DNA of 64,000 nucleotides from a virus: IMG/VR virus record IMGVR_UViG_3300009432_001268, positions 12,192 through 76,191 of that record; one strand, given 5' to 3'. Both the position numbers and the translations under genes were made by a program. Below the pieces are notes generated by a model. That model was not told where the DNA came from. It made no database searches and saw only the letters and a list, made by a program, of their open reading frames with translations. Shown in pieces: positions 27,606 through 37,642 of the stretch; the stretch's first letter is position 1; each line of letters opens with the position of its first letter.

Positions 27606-27922
27606 AAATAATAACCTATATGAAACCATCCTGTGGATGGAGTAATGGAGTTCGAGCAATAATGCGTAAGTACGACTTGCCGTTTGAGGATCGAGATATA
27701 ATTAACGACTCCGAACACCGACAAGAAATGATACAAAAAACAAACCAAATGCTACAACCCTGCGTCGAGATTAACGGCAAAATGCTGGTTGACGTTAGCG
27801 GTGAAGAAGTCGAAGCTTACCTGTTGTCTAATAGTCTGGTGAACATCAACGAAAAAGAGGCAGACGTTCCCACTGACCGAGCATGCGAAAGTGAAACGGT
27901 TAATGTTAAATTTAAACCATGA
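27602..27922 (+). CDS. Monothiol glutaredoxin-like protein
   Basis: YMKPSCGWS active site (CxxS); EMIQKT; PCVEING. Confidence 0.85.
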   Translation: MKIITYMKPSCGWSNGVRAIMRKYDLPFEDRDIINDSEHRQEMIQKTNQMLQPCVEINGKMLVDVSGEEVEAYLLSNSLVNINEKEADVPTDRACESETVNVKFKP

Positions 27923-28326
27923 CAACAGAAGAATCCCTTAACAAAACTTGGTTCATAGATATTGACGGAACCATAGTCAAACACTTATATAATCAAGATA
28001 TTGACTTGGCGATAGACTCCTTAGGTGAGAAAAGCCACACTCTAGAGACGCCTATTAAAAAAAGCGTCAGCTTCCTTAAAGACCTTCCCAAGGAAGACAC
28101 TGTTGTGCTCACCACAGCAAGAGACGGCAAGCACAAAGATCATACAGAAAGAATGCTTAAGCATTTTGGGGTAAGGTACGATCGAATAATGTTTGACTTG
28201 AGAGCCGGGCCTCGTTATTTGATAAACGACATAAAACCTGTCGGGACAGCCGGAAATGCGGCACCAATAAACACCGCTTACTCTTTAAACGTTAAAAGAG
28301 ACGAGGGAATTGATTTGCAGATATAA
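27919..28326 (+). CDS. HAD-superfamily phosphatase (capless)
   Basis: FIDIDGTI, LTTAR, YDRIMF, IND. Confidence 0.8.
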   Translation: MTTEESLNKTWFIDIDGTIVKHLYNQDIDLAIDSLGEKSHTLETPIKKSVSFLKDLPKEDTVVLTTARDGKHKDHTERMLKHFGVRYDRIMFDLRAGPRYLINDIKPVGTAGNAAPINTAYSLNVKRDEGIDLQI

Positions 28327-28332
28327 ATACCA

Positions 28333-28980
28333 ATGGAGAAAGAGAAGGGGGCGAAAAAACATGATCTTTTTATCACCGACTTGTGGGAGTTTGACTTCCC
28401 TTACCATGATCAATTCAAACCTCAGGTTCTAGACTTCGTTGCTTCTTCGAAACCTCAAGAGCACATTAACCAAACAGGAAACCCGTCTTTAAATTCTTAT
28501 GGAGGAGATGAGTTGAGTTTTGACGAAGATAGAAGCATCTTCTCTTTTTTTAAGACTCAAGCCCTTAAGCTTCTAAAAGAAGTCGAAAAAATCCATGATT
28601 GGGACAGCGGGGAATGGGATCGTCTTGATCCGTGGTTAAATGTAAACCGAAAAGGAAACTTTAACCCTCCTCACGTGCATCCGGGAAACGATTATTCAGG
28701 ATGCTACTACGCCAGCTTTCCGGAGAACTCAGGACTTATTCATTTTCTAGACCCTCGCCCTCAACACAGATTCTCATCCCCTAACCCTAAAAGTAAAGAA
28801 AATGAAAACTGGTACCTTTCAGATAACCCTTACGACACAAGTTTATTTACTCACAAAATAAAGGAGGGAAAAGTTGTTATATTCCCCTCTTGGCTCACCC
28901 ACTATGTCGACCCCAACCCTACCGACTCCCTTAGGATATCCATCCCCTTTAACGCTAAATATACCCAGTATGGAAATTAA
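28333..28980 (+). CDS. Putative 2OG-Fe(II) oxygenase (TIGR02466-like)
   Basis: WLNVN, HVHP, SGCYY, FLDPR, IFPSWLTHYV, RISI. Confidence 0.85.
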   Translation: MEKEKGAKKHDLFITDLWEFDFPYHDQFKPQVLDFVASSKPQEHINQTGNPSLNSYGGDELSFDEDRSIFSFFKTQALKLLKEVEKIHDWDSGEWDRLDPWLNVNRKGNFNPPHVHPGNDYSGCYYASFPENSGLIHFLDPRPQHRFSSPNPKSKENENWYLSDNPYDTSLFTHKIKEGKVVIFPSWLTHYVDPNPTDSLRISIPFNAKYTQYGN

Positions 28981-29182
28981 AAAAGAAAACTTAATCTATT
29001 TCGTTAACTTTGTGAACGAATGTTGCGCCGTAATGGACGACGACTATGTTGGGGAGTGGGTTACCACTCCAAATTCAGATCTGAACATGGAGAGACCCTT
29101 TGATTTAATAGGTGAGGAAGTTGGTAGAAATAAACTTTACCGCCTTTTATATTTTATTGGAATAGGCGAGGCCGACCTTTAA
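28970..29182 (+). CDS. Xre/MbcA/ParS antitoxin C-terminal (DUF2384-like) domain protein
   Basis: EWVTTPNSDLNMERPFDLI...LYRLL matches W-x-x-x-PN-x-x-L-x-x-x-x-P-x-DL; start placed at MEIKKE. Confidence 0.6.
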   Translation: MEIKKENLIYFVNFVNECCAVMDDDYVGEWVTTPNSDLNMERPFDLIGEEVGRNKLYRLLYFIGIGEADL

Positions 29183-32100
29183 ACTTCTGGAACACTACTT
29201 ACTATAACAGTCGTGCCATCGGGAAATTGGGTTCGGGTAACCAAGAAAACTACTCCGTTAACAGTTTCTCGATTCGTAAAGTTCGTGACATTGGAGCTAC
29301 TGGCCGGAATATCGTCTTGGTTATTTATCTCAAATTCAACCACGGTAGCGTCCAGCAAGACCTCAAAGTTCCCTACTGTATCGTTAGTTCCTCCCGAAAA
29401 TATCAAAGAGGTATCCCCTTTTACCTCTATGGCCCCTTTAGGAACCGTAACCGTTATCTTTTCGTCTGAATTAAGAACGAACAGGGCCTCAAGTGGAGCT
29501 CCACTGTATGTGTCAAAAAACACCCCAGTTACAGGAGTAAACCCAGCACCAGAAACCTCAATAGTCGACCCCGTTATGCCTCTGCTCGGGGAGTAGCCTG
29601 TAGCGTTTACCTGTGTTCCTTGGATAATAAATTCATCAGGGAACCTAGTTACCTGATTGGCTAAATAACCAGCAGAAACTGAGGATGAATAGCCCTCTTG
29701 AGAAGGAAGATCCCAAGGATTACTAATGAATAACTTTCCTGTTCCAACAAACCCGTCATCGATTTGAAAATCAATAGTATTGTAAAAAGTATTGGGATAA
29801 GATTCGATACCGCTCCCCGAACTAAAACCGCTAATCGGCCAAAGATGAACTTGGTTTATTCCATTAGAGTTACCTGTCCCTGAAATCCCCACGCTAAGTG
29901 ACCCACTAGTCATAGACCCATCGCTATTCAACCCTGTTATTCTAATACTGCTCCCCGAAACCACCGTGTTAGAGACGTTAAAACCAGTCACCCCTGTTAT
30001 TACAGCCAGCGGAAAAACTTCAGACAATGAATTTGATGCGTTTGGATTTTCCCTTCCAGATATAAAAATATCCCCAAACTTAATTCCGGTTGGAACTAAA
30101 GCCGTTATAGTCTCTACCCCAAGACTGCTGGTAGAGTTGGTCAAATTTTCGGAGCTCACTGACCCCCCTAGTGGATTAATAAAGTTAACATCCAAACCGG
30201 TTACGTTTTGACCGCTAAGGGTAAAAGTATGACCGGGAAGAAAATAGTTAGAAAATCCAGATATTTTTGTGACGTTAATCTCTGAGGGAGACTCAGTTAC
30301 TCGGCCCTTAAAATCTCGCAGCTCAAAAATACCACTTCCGCTGTTTATTAAAGTGGGGACCTGAAAGGATAATATTGAAGGGGTTTTTTGGTTAAAAGTA
30401 TTTAATATAAAAGAGGATGAGCTTCCCGAGAAAGCCACGCCCGTAACTAAATGCATCCTGTCCCCAGTAACGGACATGAAGTCTCCCTCCTTAAAGACTT
30501 GGTCATCATTAAATGTTTCGGGCTTCTCTTCCATGCCCAAATAAAATCCACTGATAGAAGGCTTACTGGGAGACACTCCTAACACTCTAATTGAAGAAGC
30601 AAACCCACCGCTTGTGTTTACATTTATTGTGTCACTAGGAGAATTGTCTGGAATGACAAAAGTAAAACCTGTCTCTGATGGGTGAGAGTAGCCAGACACC
30701 ACGTAGTTTGGCCCAACAGAAAGACCGCTTTCTTTTATTCCCTCAAAATAACCGGAAACACTTATCGACTCTCCGAATTCTCCACTTAAAGGCTCGAACC
30801 CACTTAAAGTGGGAGACTTAAAAGTACCAATTGTTTGCAGAGTACTATATGACCTTTTATTCTTAACCCTTAATTTATAATTAATTCCAGTTTGAAATGA
30901 GTTAGGGTAGTCAAAAACTATCTCGGTATTATTAGCGTTATATCCACTAACAGGAAGTTCACCCATAAAACGAGAAGGAGCTGCATTATGGTCCTGAAGG
31001 AAAACCCGCGTTCCTGAATAGAGATTTGTACCTATTATTGTCCCCGTAGAACCGGGCTGAACTTCTGTAGAAGGAGTAACAGAAGTTATAGTAGGTGTCC
31101 CTAACCCAAAGAAACCATTGGATACAGTTGTAGTTCCAAAAAATCCTGAGGCTGTTACGTTAAAGCTTTCCCCCAAAGTCCCCACGGGCATTGAGCTAGA
31201 AAGAGAAAGGGATATGGATTCTCCCGGCACACCACCTATTATTGTGGTGACAGCCTCAGAACCCACTCCCACGTTTCCTCCGTTAACAGGAACTAAATTT
31301 ACACCCGTAACAGAATAGAGATCACTTCCTTGAATTTGAAGGATGTCTCCCGCCACCCCAGAAGAAGGGGTAATGCTAGTTATTTTCGGCGCGCCAATAG
31401 CGGGAGTAAATGTAAAATCGGAAGGGTACTCTTCTGGATAAGAGTTGGAATAAAGAAAAACACTACTAGAAGAAATGGAAGGGTCAAGTCCCGCCGCTAA
31501 ATTGCCTCCAGAGGTCATTATGCTAATACCTGAAGGTACAACTCCTGTAAGCTTAGTGTCATCAACTAAAGCAAAATTTCCTGTTTGCCCTCCTATATTC
31601 ACTAAATACTTCTCAAACTCTATCCCTGAATACAAAATACCCGAAGTGAAATTCTTCCCAGATATATGCGTAATGTCTCCGGTTTCTATAGCGTTTCTTA
31701 TTCCCGTTATCTCCGCTAACGGTTTGAAATTTATATCTGAGGAAGCCGTTACCGAAACACCGCTCTTCAAAAGAAGGTTTGGAACTCCTCTCACGTTTCC
31801 GCTTGGAACGGTGCCTTGTACGGTCGTGGAATTAGGGACAGCTATGTCTCCAAACTCTATAGAATTAACGGAAAACCCTGTTACTCCAGACATGGACAGC
31901 CCTTGAACCGTCAGGGTCTCTCCAGAGGTTAACTGCCCAGCGCTTAGCCCTGTAACTTCGGCAATAGGAACAAATTCATTATAGCTAATTCCACTAGCCT
32001 CAGAAAGGCTACCAAGTAAACCCGTCCTCAATGATGAGAAAACCGTAACGCCCCCATAGTCTGCGTTTGACGGCACTAAAACCTGTATTTCTTGGTCAGA

Positions 32101-32463
32101 TATTCCAAAAAAAGTTCCAGAGACTTCTCCAAATTTAACACTCGTTATCTGGTAGAAATTTTCCCCCGAAATCTCCATTAAATCTCCAGCCTTTCCACTC
32201 ACATAACTTGAATTGAGCCCGCTCACCACTACCTGACTCGCCGAATCTAAAACAACCTGAGCGACCCCCATGTTTATTATATCATCCCCAGCCTCCAAGA
32301 ACGCTTCTTGCGTATAAGCAGCGGGAGGGACAACGCCAGACACTCCAGTTGTGTCAAGATAACCAAGAGAAGAAACCTGCTCGTCGCCAAACCTAACCCT
32401 CTCAACGAAGTTCATGTTCGTTCCGCTAATAGAAAAAAGTTTTTTTGGATTAAAAGTAGGCAT
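29179..32463 (-). CDS. Large IPT/TIG (Ig-like) repeat virion protein
   Basis: Repeated P-x-I-TS-x-x-P-x-SG..G..I-x-G-x-N-F...V-x-F...VP units; Ser/Thr/Gly-rich, 1094 aa. Confidence 0.8.
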   Translation of the reverse strand: MPTFNPKKLFSISGTNMNFVERVRFGDEQVSSLGYLDTTGVSGVVPPAAYTQEAFLEAGDDIINMGVAQVVLDSASQVVVSGLNSSYVSGKAGDLMEISGENFYQITSVKFGEVSGTFFGISDQEIQVLVPSNADYGGVTVFSSLRTGLLGSLSEASGISYNEFVPIAEVTGLSAGQLTSGETLTVQGLSMSGVTGFSVNSIEFGDIAVPNSTTVQGTVPSGNVRGVPNLLLKSGVSVTASSDINFKPLAEITGIRNAIETGDITHISGKNFTSGILYSGIEFEKYLVNIGGQTGNFALVDDTKLTGVVPSGISIMTSGGNLAAGLDPSISSSSVFLYSNSYPEEYPSDFTFTPAIGAPKITSITPSSGVAGDILQIQGSDLYSVTGVNLVPVNGGNVGVGSEAVTTIIGGVPGESISLSLSSSMPVGTLGESFNVTASGFFGTTTVSNGFFGLGTPTITSVTPSTEVQPGSTGTIIGTNLYSGTRVFLQDHNAAPSRFMGELPVSGYNANNTEIVFDYPNSFQTGINYKLRVKNKRSYSTLQTIGTFKSPTLSGFEPLSGEFGESISVSGYFEGIKESGLSVGPNYVVSGYSHPSETGFTFVIPDNSPSDTINVNTSGGFASSIRVLGVSPSKPSISGFYLGMEEKPETFNDDQVFKEGDFMSVTGDRMHLVTGVAFSGSSSSFILNTFNQKTPSILSFQVPTLINSGSGIFELRDFKGRVTESPSEINVTKISGFSNYFLPGHTFTLSGQNVTGLDVNFINPLGGSVSSENLTNSTSSLGVETITALVPTGIKFGDIFISGRENPNASNSLSEVFPLAVITGVTGFNVSNTVVSGSSIRITGLNSDGSMTSGSLSVGISGTGNSNGINQVHLWPISGFSSGSGIESYPNTFYNTIDFQIDDGFVGTGKLFISNPWDLPSQEGYSSSVSAGYLANQVTRFPDEFIIQGTQVNATGYSPSRGITGSTIEVSGAGFTPVTGVFFDTYSGAPLEALFVLNSDEKITVTVPKGAIEVKGDTSLIFSGGTNDTVGNFEVLLDATVVEFEINNQDDIPASSSNVTNFTNRETVNGVVFLVTRTQFPDGTTVIVSSVPEV

Positions 32464-32468
32464 TTATT

Positions 32469-33299
32469 TTATAGTCCGATAAATCCTCCTGCGTCCACCA
32501 CAACCTTAGACGCATCAGTGCTCCCTTGTATGATGTTTATCGTTTGTTTTATATAGTCCCCCACAGAAGAGCCTATATCCCTTTGCTGTAAAGCCCCATC
32601 GCATGTAAAGTTTTCGACTACGTTATTCTGGTTATTTTTTAAATCCACTGAAATTTTAGCGCTGGCCCCAGAATAAGGAAGATACCCTGAAGGCGTATCT
32701 ATTTCAAAATTTAAATTAACATTTTTAGGCCCAAAACTAACAGAGCTCGGTTTGGTTTCGTTTATTAAATAAACCGGCTTAACTTCCGCTGTATAGTTAT
32801 AGGCTCCCCCCACAAAATTTTCTACACTTCCCGATTCAAAAACCTGACCGACATTCGAAACCACCGCATTTCTAAAGTTTAAAACCGTGGAAATATCAGG
32901 AGCCAACTCTTCCACCGAGGTAAAATCCCCTTGTAGTTCGTCAAAAAATGTTACAGTAGCGCTGGCGGAAGCTGGGGCATTTGGTCCGAAGTTTACTGAA
33001 TAAGAAGTTAGGTATCCGCTATCAAAATTTAACCCCCCAAAATTTCCGGAGATTACAGTGGTTTCTTTTTCTCTTTCGCCTTGACCAGTAATAAAACTTT
33101 TAAAATAGTCTTTTCCTGTCAAATAGTAGTTGAAAGATAGCGTCCCACCTACGCCGTTAGAAGCGACGTACTTGTTCGTGCTTCTTTGGGTTATTAAATA
33201 GTTAGGCTGAAGACTAGCGCTTAAAGACAGTGAAGCATTTGACGCAAGAATCTCTTCATCATTGACCTTGAGTTTGGCATTGCTCGCTGAATAAAACAC
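32469..33299 (-). CDS. Tail-tube-like structural protein (paralogue)
   Basis: YLTSYSVN and KPVYLI motifs shared with 33301, 34219 and 53629 proteins. Confidence 0.55.
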   Translation of the reverse strand: MFYSASNAKLKVNDEEILASNASLSLSASLQPNYLITQRSTNKYVASNGVGGTLSFNYYLTGKDYFKSFITGQGEREKETTVISGNFGGLNFDSGYLTSYSVNFGPNAPASASATVTFFDELQGDFTSVEELAPDISTVLNFRNAVVSNVGQVFESGSVENFVGGAYNYTAEVKPVYLINETKPSSVSFGPKNVNLNFEIDTPSGYLPYSGASAKISVDLKNNQNNVVENFTCDGALQQRDIGSSVGDYIKQTINIIQGSTDASKVVVDAGGFIGL

Positions 33300-33300
33300 A

Positions 33301-34188
33301 TTAATAGGAGGCGGTTAAAGTTTTTTGGCTTCTTACTATATCGTCTAAACCCGCGCTCATTGAAGTAGAAACCTGCTTGCCAGAAATCATCTTTAATTGC
33401 ATTTTATCATTGGTAGAGGCGGTATCGAGACCATGCAGATCAATAGTATAATCATTGCTGGATTCGTCAAACGCCAGCCCAGAGTTAAAAATATCTTCCG
33501 TTACATTGATAGATTCCTGAGCGGTAGTATAAAGTGACGTAACCGGAAACTCCTGACCCAGCTTGTAAATTGGGTTATGGTTAAAAGAAACTGAATAGTC
33601 AGCACCAAATACGGTTCCAACATCTGTTGGGGCGGGATCGGCACCTGCCCCAATAGTCGTCTCTAGTGTGGTCAGAGGGGTATACCTACCATGAGCCACC
33701 CCAGTTGCTAACTCGGTCCCTAAATTGCCCGCGCTGGGAAAAATGGTAGAATTTGCTAACCTTCCGCTCACCGGAAGCTGACTGCCTGACCCATAAAAAG
33801 TAAAACTCGCGCTCGAAGTAGAAACCGAATTGCTAGCCACGTTTAAACTGTAAGAATTCAAAAATCCGATCCCCTTGACGCCTGCCCCGCTTATGGTAAC
33901 GCCGGAGGCCGTTGACCCTATGGAATGTTTTATCCCACTAGCCAAAAAATTAATGAGGTTTCCTTTTTGGCCATAATTAACCCCCGTGATAGATGTGATA
34001 AAATTAAAAGATACATCCCCAACCCTTGCCGAAGAGGGAAACTGACCCAAGGTACCTTTATTGCCTATTGCATAGAGGGGTTGCGCAGAAGAGGAGAGAT
34101 TAACGGTAAAATCCGCCGCCAAAAGAGTCTCATTAATACCTCCCCATTCGACGTTAACCGATGCCTTATCATAAAATACCGTTGCCAT
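33301..34188 (-). CDS. Tail-tube-like structural protein (paralogue)
   Basis: QPLYAIG, FLNSYSLN, NPIYKLG. Confidence 0.55.
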   Translation of the reverse strand: MATVFYDKASVNVEWGGINETLLAADFTVNLSSSAQPLYAIGNKGTLGQFPSSARVGDVSFNFITSITGVNYGQKGNLINFLASGIKHSIGSTASGVTISGAGVKGIGFLNSYSLNVASNSVSTSSASFTFYGSGSQLPVSGRLANSTIFPSAGNLGTELATGVAHGRYTPLTTLETTIGAGADPAPTDVGTVFGADYSVSFNHNPIYKLGQEFPVTSLYTTAQESINVTEDIFNSGLAFDESSNDYTIDLHGLDTASTNDKMQLKMISGKQVSTSMSAGLDDIVRSQKTLTASY

Positions 34189-34218
34189 AACCTTTTATTT
34201 ACAAGTATTACACATTTT

Positions 34219-35049
34219 TTACCTCAAAATGAATGATCTTAAATTAAAATTAACTGTGGCGTTAGAATCTACGCCCCCTTGAAAAGATTCCGACGTCAAA
34301 AGCATATCATTAAAAGAATATGTTAACAATGTAGTGTCAGAGTTGTTTTTTTTCAAAGTTATTACCGTATTCTCAAAAACCGTCTGATCAGGAACAAGCC
34401 TCATGTTTTTTATCTCATAATCATCAGGTTCTATGGTAAAGTTGACATTCACCTCCACCGGAGTTCCAGCTATAACCCCTGTAGGCACGTCGTTACCCAA
34501 GGCATACAAAGGCAACCTAGGGGTAGCTATATTTACGTCAAAGGAACTGACACGATTAGTATTAAAAGTATCCAAATTAATCTCCATAGAGCTATAACTG
34601 GGAATATTTACGACACTAGGGTAGGAATCTGTGGGCACATTAGCTAACGTTCCCGTCCCGAATTCTCCGTAAATCACAGAGCTTGTGGAGACCTGAGGGA
34701 TCTCACCTATAGAGCAACTAACCGAATAAGTCTCCATATAACCCTCAGTAAAAATAAAATTTTTGGTTCCGTGGTTAACTACGCCACTAAAAGCGATGTC
34801 ACCAGTGAAGTTTTGCATTATTTCTGCAGAGGCGGCTGGAGCTGAAGGAGAAAGTGTATAAATCAGGAGGTTGCTGACGTCCAAAGTTGCAGTTTGAGGG
34901 CCTTCTGGGGCATATTTTATGCTATTTATACCTAAATTCCTAAGTGGTTGAGCCACAGAAGCGTAATTGGCAGACACAGACTGAACCCCTTGTATACCAC
35001 TCCCATTGATGGTTATACTTTCCGCCTCTCTCCTAATTCTTCCTAACAT
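34219..35049 (-). CDS. Tail-tube-like structural protein (paralogue)
   Basis: IQGVQSVSANY, ETYSVSCSIGEIPQVS, RLPLYALG align with the 53629 protein. Confidence 0.6.
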   Translation of the reverse strand: MLGRIRREAESITINGSGIQGVQSVSANYASVAQPLRNLGINSIKYAPEGPQTATLDVSNLLIYTLSPSAPAASAEIMQNFTGDIAFSGVVNHGTKNFIFTEGYMETYSVSCSIGEIPQVSTSSVIYGEFGTGTLANVPTDSYPSVVNIPSYSSMEINLDTFNTNRVSSFDVNIATPRLPLYALGNDVPTGVIAGTPVEVNVNFTIEPDDYEIKNMRLVPDQTVFENTVITLKKNNSDTTLLTYSFNDMLLTSESFQGGVDSNATVNFNLRSFILR

Positions 35050-35062
35050 TACCTTATCTTTA

Positions 35063-35087
35063 TTTTACACTACTTTTTGAGTGTAAT
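35063..35087. promoter_or_regulatory. Back-to-back GTGTAA motifs (putative late promoters) between divergent tail operons
   Basis: TTTTACAC at 35063-35070 (minus) and GTGTAAT at 35081-35087 (plus). Confidence 0.6.
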
Positions 35088-35112
35088 ATAATAAATAAAG
35101 GTTTAAGGTAAA

Positions 35113-35670
35113 ATGGCTAATAGTATTTATAACGTTCCGATTCACAGAGCAGCCTCTTCCTATGACAAAAACGATATCGTCATGGTTCGTGAAAACATAG
35201 GAGCAAGCAATATTCCCAAAAAATTAAAATACTATTACGCCTTAAAAAATATGGTGGCAGGAGTAGCTATCACCGACACAACAAATTGGGGAGGTTACAC
35301 CACGATAAACGGCGAAAGCGTTCCCCAGTTTCTATGGACCCCATCTTACAATCTCTCTGTTAATCATAGCCCGAGGGTGAATTCGGTTGTTTTTGGTAAT
35401 GGTTACGAACAAAGGACACCAGATGGAATTTATACGGGGCTTATTAAAATGGATGTCACGTTAGACCTTAGAAACCAAGCAGAAGCTACGGCAATCATAC
35501 AATTTTTAAAAGCAAGGAAGGCGACGGAAAGCTTTACCGTGAAGAACCTACCTCCTATATACGCTGACGAAGCACTTAAAAAACGTTTTGTTAGCCCTAA
35601 TTTCAGTAGTAATTTTTCTTTCCACGACAACTACTCCATCAAAACTTCGTTTGTTGAGACCAATAATTAA
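35113..35670 (+). CDS. Minor tail protein, lambda gpM-like
   Basis: FGNGYEQR..GI, FLKAR..ESF; first gene of the M-L-K-I-J order. Confidence 0.8.
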   Translation: MANSIYNVPIHRAASSYDKNDIVMVRENIGASNIPKKLKYYYALKNMVAGVAITDTTNWGGYTTINGESVPQFLWTPSYNLSVNHSPRVNSVVFGNGYEQRTPDGIYTGLIKMDVTLDLRNQAEATAIIQFLKARKATESFTVKNLPPIYADEALKKRFVSPNFSSNFSFHDNYSIKTSFVETNN

Positions 35671-35672
35671 AA

Positions 35673-36908
35673 ATGCCTGACTACAATCCATCAACCGAAA
35701 GGGCTAAATCATCAATAAAATCCCTTAATTTTGAACTAACTAATCTAACACCTTCATCTGTGGTGACTTTTTTTGAAATAGATATTAGTTCTATTTTAAA
35801 AGATAAAGGGATTGTCCCAGACCTGACAAAAGAGGCGGAAAGTATTGGGTTTGCGCCTGCTAAAGATGTAGCGGATGGGATATTGCGGTTTCATAACAAT
35901 ATAAAGATTTTTAACTCCTACGTAGTCTGGCAAGGCAAGACTTACTACCCAGCCCCAATTCAAGCAGAAGGGTTCGAGTCTACCAGCAAAGGTGTTCTCC
36001 CTAGGCCCACCTTAAGCATTGCTAGCCAATCACAAACTGGATCCGACCAACTAGCCCTACTTAAACATGAAATAAGAAAACTTGGAGACATAATCAATGC
36101 AAAAGTTACACGTCGCCGAACCTTTGCTAAATATATAGACAGGGTTAACTTTCTTGGTCAAAGCGCAAAATCCACTCGAAGCTCAGGCACCTTACCCCAA
36201 GGCTACGAACCTGACCCGTATGCAGAACTACCCAAGGATATTTACTTCATAGAAAGAAAAGCAACAGAAAACAAAAACGTGCTTACTTACGAACTCTCTT
36301 CTATACTTGATCTGGAAGGTATTAAAATCCCGAAGAGGGTAATAGTATCTGACAAATGCGTGTGGCAGTATAGGGGCATCGGCTGCTGGTACCAAGACGC
36401 GGGAAAAGACAAGGTGGATGGAGAAAATATGGTCCCGCTTTTGAACAAGGCGGAACTAAATTATCTTGACCCCCCGGCAGGAGCTATTATTACTAATAAC
36501 ACTATCCCCAATAACGGTCTCCCAAAAAAAGCGCCTCCTGTCGCAACAGAAAATGACGAAAAAATTAATGCTTTACTACCGGCGAACGTTACAGTAAAGG
36601 ACTCGCCAGATAATTCAAAATGGAACGATCTTAAAACATACACCGCAGGAGATTACGTCTACTTGCTAAAAGATAAAATCAAATACTACTTTGTAGCCAA
36701 AGCAGCCGTACCCGTAGGAATAATTCCCCCAAATACGGAATACTGGGTAGCCGACGAATGCTCCAAAAGCCTCACGGGATGCAGAATGCGTTGGGGTCTT
36801 AATGGATCTTTCAAAAACGGTAATAATTCGAATAATTGTAAAATAAAAGCTGGAGACTTACCCTTCGGAGGGTTTCCAGCAGCAAGAAAGATAGCTCGAG
36901 GAGGATGA
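35673..36908 (+). CDS. Minor tail protein, lambda gpL-like
   Basis: WQGKTY, PRPTL, VTRRRTFAKY, CVWQYRGIGC, DECSKSLTGC, FGGFP (four Fe-S cysteines). Confidence 0.9.
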   Translation: MPDYNPSTERAKSSIKSLNFELTNLTPSSVVTFFEIDISSILKDKGIVPDLTKEAESIGFAPAKDVADGILRFHNNIKIFNSYVVWQGKTYYPAPIQAEGFESTSKGVLPRPTLSIASQSQTGSDQLALLKHEIRKLGDIINAKVTRRRTFAKYIDRVNFLGQSAKSTRSSGTLPQGYEPDPYAELPKDIYFIERKATENKNVLTYELSSILDLEGIKIPKRVIVSDKCVWQYRGIGCWYQDAGKDKVDGENMVPLLNKAELNYLDPPAGAIITNNTIPNNGLPKKAPPVATENDEKINALLPANVTVKDSPDNSKWNDLKTYTAGDYVYLLKDKIKYYFVAKAAVPVGIIPPNTEYWVADECSKSLTGCRMRWGLNGSFKNGNNSNNCKIKAGDLPFGGFPAARKIARGG

Positions 36909-37642
36909 TGTTTAAAAAGCAAATAAAAGACTTGATCAAGTCCCATGCCCTTAGAGATAGGCCTCGCGAATGCTGTGGGCTAATACTTCACGACGGCCAA
37001 AACATGCAAGCCTTTCCTTGCCGAAACAGTTCTGAAGAGCCCAAGTCTCATTTTTCCATTCATCCGGGAGACTATACGAGGGGATCTCGTAGGGGAACCA
37101 TTCAAGCTGTTTACCATTCCCACAACTCAGACAACGAGAACTTTTCTGTAAATGATAAATTTCACAGCTCTAGCCACGAATTAGACTATGTCCTTTATAA
37201 CACGGTAAAAAACAGTTTCTCTTTGTTCGATTACAAGAAAAACAAAACCTTCTTTTATAATCGTTTGTTTAAGATAGGAGAGTCAGACTGCTATACTATC
37301 ATCAAAGAGTATTATGCTGATCTTGGAATCAAACTAGAAGGAGAAAACACCTTTGGTAATGATTGGTATAAAAAAAATCCTCAGGTAGTGGGAGAACTTT
37401 TTGCGCTTAATAAAAAAAATCCAAATTTACCCATAATCGAACTTAACCCATCAACACCTCTCAAAGAACACGACGTAATAGTTTTTGAATTCGTCAAGGG
37501 AGCAGGACCCAATCATGTAGCGGTTTATTTGGGGGATGGAACAATGATTCATCATCCACGAAACAAATACCCCTGCATAGAAAACTTAAACAAGATATAT
37601 CGGCGAAAGATATATAAGATATACAGACACGAAGGACTATGA
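36905..37642 (+). CDS. Tail assembly protein, lambda gpK-like (JAB/MPN plus NlpC/P60)
   Basis: PRECCGLI, YHSH, SDCY, NHVAVYLG, MIHH. Confidence 0.9.
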   Translation: MMFKKQIKDLIKSHALRDRPRECCGLILHDGQNMQAFPCRNSSEEPKSHFSIHPGDYTRGSRRGTIQAVYHSHNSDNENFSVNDKFHSSSHELDYVLYNTVKNSFSLFDYKKNKTFFYNRLFKIGESDCYTIIKEYYADLGIKLEGENTFGNDWYKKNPQVVGELFALNKKNPNLPIIELNPSTPLKEHDVIVFEFVKGAGPNHVAVYLGDGTMIHHPRNKYPCIENLNKIYRRKIYKIYRHEGL

